Source: Dicyema japonicum
Lineage: Eukaryota; Animalia; Dicyemida
NCBI GenBank assembly: GCA_011109175.1
Contig: RDEW01000008.1
Location: 1,209,892-1,263,059 of the forward strand
Direction: 5' to 3'
DNA length: 53,168 nt
Each line of letters opens with the position of its first letter. Position 1 is the first letter of the stretch. A model generated the notes under the pieces. That model saw only the letters and a list, made by a program, of their open reading frames with translations, searched no databases and had not been told where the DNA came from. The translations under genes and the position numbers were made by a program. Below are positions 23,701-35,311 of this stretch, in pieces.

Positions 23701-24983
23701 CAGTTTAAAGTGGTCTTACCAAAAGCAAAGTGGGTCTTACCAAAAGCAAAGTAGTTCTTACCAAAAACAAAGTGGAACAAAAATTATTTTTGTTATAGTG
23801 CGAAGATTAATTGCAATTGCAAAAGTGACTAAGCAAAAACCTATATATTTGCATCTCTGCGCAAATATTTCATTTTTTCATTCGTATGCCTGCGCAAATA
23901 AAAAAGTCTGAAGCTGCAATTAAGATAAATCTTATTATCGGGGCCTATGAGGGAGATAGTGACTGGAGGAACTTGCAAAATCTCTCGATGTTCCGAAAAC
24001 TACTACTTATCATTGGTTGAAAAACAAGGACAAACCTGATCAGCGAGGGGGATCGAAAGCAAAAAAATTTCTTGATCAACATGAAGATTATTGTTTTGAA
24101 CAGCTCGAAATAAACCCTAGGATTACTTTTGGACCTTGAGAATTTTTTTAAATTTTAATTTCAGCTAAGTGTTTTAAAAGAATCCATTCGAGTCCACTTG
24201 GACGGTGCCTGTTATTCTTTGAAAGATATCAGGTATGAATCAGAAAAAGGCAATAATGAATTAAATAAAGAAAAAATAAAAATTTTATTACTTTATTATT
24301 GGAATATCAATCGGAGGAAATTCCGATATTATTTATGGATGAAACAAATCTCAACATGCAAATATCCGTAAAAAGGGTCGTTCAAAAAAAGGAACAAGGG
24401 CTAATGTCGTTGCAACAAGTTCTCTACAATTCATTGGTTGTATCGGGTCTCTTGGATTGCTACATTATGAATTCAAACGTGGATCCTTTAATGATGAAAA
24501 ATATTTTGGATGGTGTGAGACAAGAAGCTTTGTCAACTACGGAGTTTCGACTTCAAAAGTTAGGAGAAAGTATGATTAACTCATTATGTGTATAATACTT
24601 CATCTCTATGCAACACCGTAATTGCTAGAATTCAGAGGTTGGCCCCATCGGTGTTAAATAATGATGACATGGTTTATAAAATAATTTTATTGTTCCACTC
24701 TGCTTTTGGTAAGACCCACTTTGATTTTGGTAAGAACCACTTTGATTTTGGTAAGAACCACTTTGATTTTGGTAAGACCCACTTTGATTTTGGTAAGAAC
24801 CAATTTGCTTTTGGTAAGACCCAATTTGCTTTTGGTAAGAACCACTTTGCTTTTGGTAAGACCCAATTTGCTTTTGGTAAGAACCACTTTGCTTTTGGTA
24901 AGACCCACTTTGCTTTTGGTAAGACCCACTTTGCTTTTGGTAAGACCCACTTTGCTTTTGGTAAGACCCACTTTAAACCTGAA
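23701..24983 (+). mobile_element. IS630/Tc1-like transposon remnant with minisatellite-containing TIRs
   Basis: HTH LAKSLDVPKTTTYHWL and DDE start ILFMDETNLN. The left end CAGTTTAAAGTGG..GTGGAACAA is the inverse of the right end TTGTTCCAC..CCACTTTAAACCTG. Confidence 0.75.
24708..24978. repeat. 21-bp minisatellite, 13 units (GGTAAGAMCCAMTTTGMTTTT); 3 inverted units at ~23710-23775
   Basis: Counted directly from the FGKTHFD/FGKNHFA heptads. There are no spacers between units. Confidence 0.95.
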
Positions 24984-25461
24984 GTGGTATAGTTTACCTC
25001 GACATATACCTGGTGAGCTTAAATGGAATAAAAATGATGTAGAATTCACAATATTATTTTCCAGTGTTTCTAATAATATGTATGTTTCCTGGAGATTAAC
25101 ATTATTCCCATTCATAGAGGTATGTTTACTCCATATTTGAATGTTTTGACTAACGGTTATTATAACTACAGTGAGATAGTTGTGACTATTCCTGATTATA
25201 GAACTATAAAAAATAAAATATATGAAAATACAACTATCAAAAAAGATAATAGAATATGTACAGAAATGGTAATTATAATAACCAACATTTAGCACTCGGA
25301 TGTGATTTTGAAAGAAATCTCCGATTCAAATCGACACAGCGTTTGAATACAATATTAACTACGAATGAAGATCATACAAGAAGTATATAAACTAAATTTT
25401 AAATTTGTAGAATTCAAAAACTAAAATTAATAAAAATTTATTTTTTATCTTTATCAATTAA

Positions 25462-26470
25462 TATCGTATGTCATAAGAACCCGGGGCGTTGATTCTGTCC
25501 GGGTTAAAAGGACAAATTTATCACTTGAAAACATTAACAACCACTAAGTTTTGTCTCAATTACAAATTACTCAAATATCGATTATTCAAAGGTTTTCTAT
25601 GAAGATATAACAGAGTCTGAGTTTAGGAAGCTTTTATACATTCAAATACGCCGACAAGTACCCAGTGAGCAATTGGCTAGGACTCTGTTGAAGATGGTGT
25701 ATCGGGTTCTATATTTCACCGTCTCTGGACCCTAATTTTTCTCATTTTTTTCATTGAAAAAAATGAGCCATCAAAATGGAAAGCGAATATAAATGGAAAA
25801 ATTGAAAAGTAGAAATCATTTCTTTTGCTAACTAAAAAGTTTTTTATGCTAACTAAAAGTTTCTTTCCAAAGAGTTGGAGTTGATACCCCACGCAAAGTT
25901 CAAGATTGTCTTGATTGATTTTCATCATCTGAAAAATGTTCAGTTATGTGGGCTGGTAATTCGATCACTTTAATATCAGACATAGAAACAGTATTGAATC
26001 CCGAAGTTACAAATAATAGTGTAAAAATAAAATTCCTAAATCTAACCTGAAAGGTGACTTTTCAGTAGCACGACTAATAGAAATGTTATATTTATAAACA
26101 GTAGTTTTCAATCCAATTATTAGTAACGTTTAATTTTAGCGTTCCACCTGCTATTGTGATTGTGGTTGTCTTGGTTTACCATGAATCGCCGTTATCCCCC
26201 AATCACATAATAATGCTGAAACTTAAGTGTTACAAAAGTCATTTTCAACCTTTTTCACGCTTAATCGCTTTATTGATTCAAACTAAAATTTTTTGTTTTT
26301 GAGAGAACAAGGGACCGATCCTTCGACTTCTTCTATTTTCGACCCTTTTCACGCTTAATCGCTTTATTGACTCAAACTAAATTTTTTTGTTTTTGAGGAA
26401 ACAAGGGACCGATCCTTTGACCTCTTCTATTTTCGACCCTTTTCTCGCTTAATCTCTTTATTGACTCAAT
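25462..26470. mobile_element. Non-autonomous TIR element (TGTCGTATG family); left TIR and 94-bp subterminal tandem repeat, right end lost
   Basis: 25462-25552 matches the TIR at 48641. The 94-bp unit (about 2.3 copies, 26249-26470) matches 49217-49280, which lies next to the right TIR of that element. Confidence 0.75.
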
Positions 26471-27160
26471 TCTCTGGCATATTCTGGGATGTCGCCGTCA
26501 ACCATTTTTCTGATTAGGTCCGTAATTGATTTGACAAGATAGCATCCAGCTTCCGATGTGTAATTGGACGTAAGGTTTTTAATATGGCCAGGACGTAACC
26601 TTTCCAAGCTTACGTGACGCACTTCGGATTCGGTAATGATTATCTCCGAGGTTCCTTCAGTATTCAAAAACTTTTCATAGTCAATCGGTGCATCTGAGTG
26701 CTTCAGTATTAAGGTATTCAGGACCTCGTGGGTGCAAAACAATACTGTGTTATCGGACGTTATAACTCGCAAGGCTGCTCGCACGTCGCCCTTTAGAAGT
26801 TTCCGGTTTACTCTCTCCTTTAGTTTGTTGGGGACATCTTTGGCGTATGATCCTTTGGTTACGACCTCATTGACATTAAGTGGATGTTCAAGTATTGCGT
26901 GTATGTTATGACAGCTAAAATTCATTATGTTTCGTTTCAGTTTCCCGGATAAGTTGAGTCGGGAGTTTGTTTCTTTATTATTGTCCTCAGATTTCGTTGT
27001 AAATATTCCGAGTGCGACAGGTGCAAAGCATATAAGTTTTAGCCAGGATTCCCAACTGTCAGAGGACAGTGCGTGATCAATGGCATCTGAAAGACACGAT
27101 GCTGCAGCAATTCGTACTCCTTTAGGGATTTTGGCTTTCAGGTGTTTATCTTTATTATTT
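26458..27160 (-). mobile_element. CRE-clade retrotransposon fragment (pre-RT region)
   Basis: KIPKGVRIAAASCL..WLKLICFAPVAL, GDVRAALRV and LRPGHIKNL are homologous to 8905-9600. Confidence 0.8.
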
Positions 27161-27169
27161 TAAAACCCA

Positions 27170-29160
27170 AGATCATCAAGAAAGAAAGTATTAACTCGCT
27201 AAATTAAGTGACCCCAGTTTTCAACATCTCTCGAATTCTTTTCGAATGGTACGCCAGTGAACCAAAAGCATTCCTGAAGTGTCTTCTTTTATTTCTGCGT
27301 AGGAGTTCTATCGGAATGCACTCTTTTAATGCCAATCTGAATTCCATCGCATGAACCGCCTTCTCTCTAAATGGGTCTTCCTAGCTCCTTGCAAATTCGT
27401 AGGAAACCCAGGTTATTTCTCACCGTCGCCTCCTCTGAAAAAAGACTGTGGATGGATGTAGAGTCTGATTGTATATGTCCTATGATCTTCTTTCTGAGAG
27501 AGTTCATACGCTCGACCCTCGTATGGGCAATAGCGGATCTCCAAGTAGAACAAGGATATTCAATCTTCGGCACAATAACTTTAAGATGTAATTTGCTGAT
27601 ACAAGCAGTAGGTGAGAAGGGGCTCTTCTTTATGATAGCTTTCAAGACGGTCCATTTTCGTAGATCCTTGGTTAACACTTCCTCTGTGTGACTGGAGAAC
27701 GTCATGAGAGAATCGAATGTCACTCCAAGTATCTTCTGGATTCGCCTATAAGGAATGAGAATGTTTCCGAGAAATATTTCAAGTCCAACTTTAAATATTA
27801 TGAGACTAGTTAGCATGACTATTCTTCTTAAAATGTGGGTCTTCCTAAGTTGAGATTTAACTAATGGGAACATTTCTACTCCCGACGACAGGGCTGTTGT
27901 TGTTGTCCACTCATTAATATTCAAGTCAGTACTCACAGCTGCGTGAGGGAAACAACAACAAGTCACGGAATAGGTACCATCAGTCCGCCAACTGGCCTGG
28001 ACTGTTCATCCCGGTATCCCTCTTTCCTTGCTAATCACCCTTCTACTAGTTTTGGAAGTTACACATCCTAATTTCTATATCTTCCCTGACTGGCCTGACA
28101 AGTTTGTTCTCTTCCTCAGTCAGGCCTTCGTATAATTTCTTCCAAGGTATTTCAGGGACGAAACTCTCGGTATGTGAAGAGTGTAAGGCTCTTTTCACTT
28201 TCCATGCTCTTTCCAGTAATTTTTGAATCACAGAAATTTTGTTTTTCAGAGTTGTCCTGTCCCACAAATCCACACAGCGTCTAAGCTTAGCCTTCAGACT
28301 ATTTCTCTCGCGATTAAGATTCCGTATCATGGGTGGGCAAGACTGCTTGTTCTAAACACTCTTGGAATAGACCTTCTTTTCATACAATTGCAGATACATC
28401 AGCATAATATTTGACAGTTCCCTGTTAAAACGTCCAACTCCTTAGGTGTAGAAAAAGAATTAGTCCTCATTCGTAAGGTCTTCGACAAATAACAACGATT
28501 ATGCCCCCAGTCTATCGACGAGATATCATAATGTATGAAAATATCTTCAACAAAATTCGGCTCCAGGTTTATAATCACTCCCTATATCCCAAAGTATTCT
28601 AGGTCTGTCCACATGATCTAGAAGTTGTGGAGACACTAGGACCAATCCCAGCATATCACCACCAAAGTGTGCGAAATGGTTAGGTTTTTCAGACGTCAAG
28701 ACTTCAACTCCAATCTCGCTAACTAAATCTGCTAAGAGTCGCTTATCCCCGTTGTTTTTGCAACATCCGTAACTCGTATTCTTAGCATTCTAGTCTCCTA
28801 CCAAGATCGACATCGGGTTTCTTTCTAAGAACTCAACATTTTCGCAGAAGATCGGGCCAAGTCCTAAGAGTATAATCCTCCCACGCTTATCCATGTCCTC
28901 CACATTGTACATCGACGGACACGAATTCCGAATCGGCGGCCAATAAAATACACTCGTTTCGTGTTTGCAATTCTTTAAGGAAAAAGATCGAAATCCCTGT
29001 CCCAGCCACTGCTCTATCCTTCCACGGGATGTCCACCGAGTCATATCTTTGTATACAATAATATCTTCCGTGTTTAATTTTTGTCGTGAGGGAAACCTTC
29101 ACGGGAAGCTATGTAAAAGGAGAAGTCTGACTGGTACTTTACTTGCTAATTTCTGCCAAG
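27170..29160 (-). mobile_element. Degraded Jockey/Nimb/I-like LINE (APE remnant, deleted RT, intact 3' end)
   Basis: YWPP..ILVGD*NAKN (APE), KILGVTFDSLMTFSSH, and the 3' end TGVT* within GTCACTTAATT. Confidence 0.7.
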
Positions 29161-31029
29161 AATAATTTATTTATCTACAACAATGTCTTTATGAACTCAG
29201 CAAAAGACAACCCACGTGGTGAAGCACAGTATTAATTATGATGAACAAGTTATTAAATATTAACATAGTTCTGCGCTACGAAGAACCATATTAGCCGTAG
29301 CTCCTCTCAGACAAAACACATACTTCATTTAAAGTAACAATTATCACAAGTAATCGACGAGGGAGAATCAAGGAATGCTCTTTTTTGTGGATGTGAGTCC
29401 TTTTGTAGACGATCCGGGCAGATCCACCAGTCGAAGAAGTCACTCGTCAAGCCAAAGAATCGTAGATCTTGGAACCTTCAGCAGGAATGTACAGCAACGA
29501 GATTCAAACGAGGGGCCATCAGGCCTCATGGTAAAGAGACATCGACAACTTTCCTATAAACTTGGCAACTAAAAAATCATGAGATCGGATTCAAAAAAAG
29601 TCATCATACATCAGCGTACGTCTTTTTAACTAATACAAAAATGATTCATCTTCAAAAAAACAAAATCACCGGTCGACCACTTCACGTTCCAAATGAGAGA
29701 TCTTTTATGTAAAATGTGGAAATTGTCAGTCCAATGAGAGATCTTCCATCTAACTTATTCACCGATTTATAGAATGATAGTTGAATGCGATATTTTTAGC
29801 GATAAATTGGAAGAGCATCAATTAAACCGAAATATAAGTATTTGGAAGAGTTTTTGTTATTTCAAAACTTTTATATGCAACAGGAATTTCTCATACACTT
29901 CACATAATCTGCTAACAGATTATTACTTGCACATCCACCAGTCGAAGGAAATAGCCCCTCGAGTCATTCATGCCACACCTCAGATTATATATCATGTTTA
30001 GATACCCCCATGTCTCTTGGAGATTATGGTCTGTTTGTCAGACTTATTCCCATGTTCTGCAGGTGGTTGTTCAGTACGATGATTAAGATTATCCATAGCC
30101 TCCCTAGATATGCTTTGAGTAATAGAGTACAATTCTGTGATTTTGCTTGGCAGAACTGAAATTTGCTTCCATCAGGATTTGGCGGGTCTGTCGTTTAAAA
30201 AAATAAGCTTAAAAAATTTCTTTACCTAAATTAGTTGGTTGAAGATGAATCACTGATTATCTACAATATAAAGAAAGTTTAAAGCAAAAGGAGCCGACTT
30301 TTTACTTTTTGAAACTGAATTGTCATTTATTACGTTGACAGGTGATTTGGAAGAAATACTGATATAATCAGACTAGTGGCGATGATATTCGACCAACAAT
30401 CTTCGAGATACAGCAAGATTCCTCCTAACCACAAATTTTGGAAATTCTAAAAAAACTGACTGTTAAAAGGAGAAATAAAGGAAAATTAATTTGTTCATAA
30501 ACCAATTATCAAGTGTGTTGTTACCCCATTTCCTTTCTTCAAAACTTTTGAAATTTGATTCAACCTCTCCATTCCATTTAAATTAAACACTTCATGCTGT
30601 TTTTTTCGAAGGAAATTATAATTATAGACTAAAACACTATAATCAATCGTTGTTTCGGCTCTGCTTCTTCACTAAAAATCGCTGAAATAGATTATTGCCC
30701 TAATCCTATTATAATCGAATTACTCTGTAATTGACTTCATCATCCTCGAAAACTAGCAAAGTGGCAAACCTCCAAATACGCTGTTTACATTTTTTGGTAA
30801 GCGACCCATCAAAATACTCGAATATCTGGCGCAACTCATCTATGCTCAACGTGAAGCTTAAAACCATTTGCAGAAATAAAATAAATTTTTTTAATTTTAA
30901 ATATTAATAAAGTTTTTTGTTGATTGAAAAAAATAAAATATCATTAAAATGCCAGTCAATTCATTTGAGTGGATTTTTGCTACTTTATGATTTAAAAATA
31001 TTAACGATTTTAACTAAAGGGAAAATTTT

Positions 31030-31630
31030 TTTTAACAATTTAACAAATGTCAGTTGAGGAAGCCTGCTGCGTGGATTGCGAACGAGTTTTCTCGGAGATG
31101 ACCATTCCAATCTTTTGTCTCAGACATAACGCTTCTCGTTGATCCCTTTTCTTTCTGGCAAGCGTTCCTCCGAGTTCTCGCAAAAAATCAGCCGTCATTG
31201 GACCAACGGTTCCCGATTATTCGGTCGCAACAGGAATAAATCGGTAGCGGTCCCCGAGGCAAGAATATTTCTTGATTTATAGGTTCTCCGCAGTCGAAGC
31301 AGCTGCTCCAGGTGTCTGAACCGAATTGAAAATATTCGTGCTTGAGAACGTGTCTACGCAAGTTGCGTCCCAGACCAAAGATCTTCCAGACGTGAAAAGG
31401 AAAAGGGTCATCCCGTCAGGTCTCTTTCCATCTCCTCGATCAAGACCCACTGGTTCAAGCTGTGCTGGGAAGCCTGTAGCCTTCAGAGCTCTGAAGATCA
31501 TATCGTTCAGAGCAGCATGACGTGGTCCCCTTCCGGCGCTTCTTCTGCAGGACAGCGGGTGCAATCCCTTCACATAGACTGTTTTCCCGCATCGGCATCG
31601 GTGCTCCTGGCAAACGTCTAGTCCCAAGGA
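31030..31630 (-). mobile_element. CRE-clade retrotransposon 3' fragment (CCHC + RLE) with A-tail
   Basis: CRCGKT..GLHPLSC..RHAALND..EPVGLDRGDGKRPDGMTL..VWDATCVDT. The 3' end is nearly identical to 22416-22640. Confidence 0.9.
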
Positions 31631-31689
31631 AAAATTAAATATTTAATTTTTAACTCTCGTGCACAGACAGTTCATCAAGCCTTGTTTCT

Positions 31690-32020
31690 TATATGCATGC
31701 GCCTCGTGGGGACCGTCTATATCTTGGATAAATATGAAGAAAATCGAAGAAATGCAAAAGAATTGTTCTTGATAGAATTTCACCTAACACCAAGAAAGAA
31801 GTAGTAAACCAACTAATTAAGTGATCTCGGTACACCTCGAAAAGGATCATGAGGGTTTTCTTATGTTCCTCCAGAGTTCCCACGGCTTTCCTGTATCGGC
31901 GACGATCACCTTTCTTTAAGATTTGAAGAGGGGTGGATTTTTTCCCAAGTTACGTGTATTTGAGGCTTCTAGTCTTGAATAGAAGAAACGACTTGTTTCG
32001 TGACCAACACAGACCAATGA
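31690..32020 (-). mobile_element. LINE 3'-end fragment (same family as 34230-34850)
   Basis: RKAVGTLEEHKK versus RKAVDTLEKHKK, and the shared GATCACTTAATTAG. Confidence 0.65.
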
Positions 32021-32171
32021 AACCCGAGCCGTTGTTTTAGAGAAATTTAATTGAATAAAAAAATAGGAGTTAAAATTAAGAAGCCATTTATTTTTGTAAA
32101 TATTTTTTTAATTTCATTTTTTATTAAGAAATCAAAATAAATATATAAATAGTTAAATAATAAATTACACA

Positions 32172-32809
32172 ATGACAACAAACTCTATAATTGCATTCAA
32201 ATATTCTGATTGTGCAATAATTGGTTCTGATTCTGTTAAAGATAATGATATTCCCGACTGTGAGATAATAATAATATTTAGACGGTGATAATATTTGCTA
32301 CAGAATATTTCAAATTACATTATCTCTTGGGATTGGAATTGTCGGAGTAGAACATGAAATTTTAGATATATACAACAGATCCATATATTATGCAAAGTTT
32401 GTGTTGTGCAATAAATAGCCAACATACCATTAAACATGGAACTGATATATTATTACGCAATTTTATATCAAAAATTCAACCTTATATACGAAATCAAAAA
32501 TATCACATGGTTTTATAAATTTAAATTTTAGGAACTAATAATTCTTGGACCGGAATCTGATTCTATTAATTTAATGAAATTAGACAGTGAGGCCAATGTA
32601 CATACAAAAAATTTAATTTGTATCGGATCCAATTCAAACTTGTTAGAGAGGGATTTAAATATAGCGTAAATATTTACTATTTATTTAGTCTTTTAACTTA
32701 TTTTCCGAAAAGTACAAAAAACGCTGTTCAGATAGCTTTTAATGTTTTATTCACTGCAGCACCTTTGAAGCAATCAGGTGTTTACACAAAAAGTAAATCT
32801 TATATTTAA
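32172..32809 (+). CDS. Highly divergent proteasome beta-type (Ntn-hydrolase fold) subunit, probably non-catalytic; 4 introns of 22, 22, 22 and 23 nt
   Basis: Introns at 32260-32281, 32397-32418, 32510-32531 and 32666-32688 (all GT-AG) join one frame: MTTNSIIAFKYSDCAIIGSDS..RIFQITLSLGIGIVG..YHMELIILG..LICIGSNS..AAPLKQSG. The exact 3' end is uncertain because a further intron may start near 32793. Confidence 0.7.
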
Positions 32810-33769
32810 GTGTGAATTCTCAATCCGGTTACAAAAATAGGAGAGTTCATTACTCAATCGGAAACAAGATTTTAAGATAATATTTATTTTTTGTTGTAAA
32901 GTTGGGCTAATATTTATTTTATACTATCACTTTGCTCATATATAAATATTTTACATTCATGTCTTGTGCATCATTCGCAGTCTATCTTTAGCATAGAAAT
33001 TATTTCAAACAATTTTGAAGACGCTACCACGTGAGAACAAACTTTTCTATACCTATTAATAATCATTCTAAAACGATGTCTTGCAGGGAAATGTAGTCGA
33101 ACTTGATAATTATCTCTTCTGACAATTTTGTGGAGTGATAACTCTGTAATATAATTTAAACTTTTATTTAATATTGGCGTGCTTGCAGTATACGTTATTT
33201 AGGAATTATGAGTTGGGTAATTTTTCCATGTCTATATTTCCCATGCGTGTAATTTTTATGTGACACAAAAATATTTTTACCCTTTATGTGAGAAATATTT
33301 TCGATTTTTTAGTTGGAAATCTAACTCATGTCTTGCTTTAATCGGATAGATTTCATTTTTACAGTATTTTACAAAATCTTTTCGCCTTCTAACTTCCTTG
33401 GTTCTCATTATATTTCATCATAGATTTCTTCCTTGTGTTCCTCTATAAATTCATATACATCTCTTTATAATTGAGATTGTTTCTTTGTCGTACTCATCAG
33501 GTGGGCCTAGTAACCACGAGGATCCAAAAGAAAATTGGAATTCTCAAGGCTTTCATTCACTTCCAATATCTTCCCGCCCATCGTTGAGCTTCTATACAAA
33601 CAATTTGTTCTACCTAGTATCGGTACGCCTGTGCTGCATGGATTACCCCTTTATCACTATCGGCACAGAGCAAGCTAGAAGTTTTACAAAATCGATGTCT
33701 CAGAATACTATTGAGATCGTCGAAAAAGACGACCACCTCGTTACTATGCGAAGAACACTAATTTAGATA

Positions 33770-34130
33770 TTAAAATCAGTGTCGTAAATTAACTTAATGC
33801 ATTCCAAAAAATAATCTTATCTGTCTTCCAAGTATTCTTGAATGATGAGTACACAATGTTGTGATCTTCTGGATTGACAAATTTTAAAACATAGGGTTTC
33901 TAAATTCCCAACTAATAGTGGATTCAATTTTTCTCCAACATAGTTGCAGCACAAAGGAACAGAAATTATTCCTTTGCTTATTTCGTAGTTTTCTTCAAGA
34001 AAAGAACAGACGTTAAAAATATTTTCCTTCCATATTGGACAATTCTTTCATAAAATAGTTACACAAAATCATCAATTCCATCAATTGAACATAAATTTTT
34101 GTAACCTGCAAGACATTTGAACTTCAACTC
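33770..34130 (-). mobile_element. pogo/Tigger DDE transposase remnant
   Basis: ISVPLCCNYVGEKLNPLLVG..CFK..YSSFKNTWKT matches the pogo pattern TVLLC.N..GEKL.PLVIG..AWMT. Confidence 0.7.
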
Positions 34131-34229
34131 ATGTTTTTAAAAATCAAAAATAAATCAAAATTTTTTTAAATAAAAAAATAAGATAAATTAATTAAATTCA
34201 TAATTAATAAAGAAAATAAAAACATACAC

Positions 34230-34850
34230 TGGATTTGAACATTAATGGAGACTCTACCATTACAGATTTATTCAACTATTAAGGGAGTGACTTTCGACTA
34301 TTTGATGACATTTTCTCAACATGTGAAGAACGTTATGACAAAGGTTCTCTGGAACTAAATATAATCAATCCGCTCTTAAAGTCCAGGCCGTCACGGGAAT
34401 GCGTTGTCGTCTTGTTCAATTAACTTCTAAAACCGACGGTAGAGTATGCTTGTGCCTCATGTCTGTGGAGCTTCAATATCCAATTCATACAAGATCAACA
34501 TCCTAACAGGCAAACTTGCACGTCCAACAAATCTACCCCCTATCCTTCCCCAATGCATGACCAGACCGCAATCAAAAATAACGGCTCCGACTTCATCGTT
34601 CTGTGTGGTCAAGAAACAAGTCTTTTCTTCCATTCAAGGCTAGAGGCCTCAAATACACGAAATGTGGGGAAAAAACCCACCCCTCTTCAAACTCTAATGA
34701 AAGATGATCGTCGTCTATTCAGGAAAGCCGTGGATACTCTGGAAAAACATAAGAAAAACATTTCGATCCTGTTGAGGCGTACTGGGATCACTTAATTAGT
34801 TAGTTTAATCCTTTTTTGGTGTTCCCTTTTCAGGGTTATTAAATAAAAAA
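34230..34850 (+). mobile_element. 5'-truncated Jockey/Nimb-like LINE 3' part
   Basis: GVTFDYLMTFSQHV, KPTVEYA, the C-terminus RRTGIT* and an A-rich tail. Confidence 0.7.
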
Positions 34851-35204
34851 ATAAATAATTTTGTTGCATATCGAGGTTTTAGTTTTTTTCATTTCTATGC
34901 CAATCCTACAAAGTGTTCAAAAATCTGAGGCTGTAAAAATCTTCTATATTTTTTGGTTTTGGTGTTTCATGTACTTTTATAATGGATTAAGGAAAACGTA
35001 TCCAAGGGGTTTTTTTTCATAATAAATAACAAGAATTGTATAGTGGATGTAGAACGACGGTACTGAATGACGTCACAAGAACTCCTATGTCGGTAATCAT
35101 GTTATCTCAACCTAATTATGTTCACTTTCAGCAATATTCGAAGATGTTACTTGTGTCTCTAAAGCCAAATGGTTGTCTTAGTTAGCTTAGGCGAATCCCT
35201 AGAG

Positions 35205-35260
35205 CAGTGATTCCCTACCTAAGGTCACTCGTTGAACCCTTTTGGGCTATTTTTTTGCGT
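35205..35260 (+). mobile_element. Charlie-type hAT TIR stub
   Basis: CCCTAGAG target-like octamer followed by CAGTGATTCCC. No partner TIR found. Confidence 0.4.
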
Positions 35261-35311
35261 AACTCTTCTAATTTAATTATTACAATTTTCACTTATAACA
35301 TTATTATTTAT

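Noticed and set aside
24708-24978. CRISPR array
   Set aside because: The 21-bp units are contiguous with no unique spacers, there are no cas genes, the context is eukaryotic, and the array is part of a TIR.
24588-25295. ORFs 24588-24992, 24687-25295 and 24706-25140 as repeat proteins
   Set aside because: They are by-products of a stop-free 21-nt (7-codon) repeat that is open in several frames on both strands.
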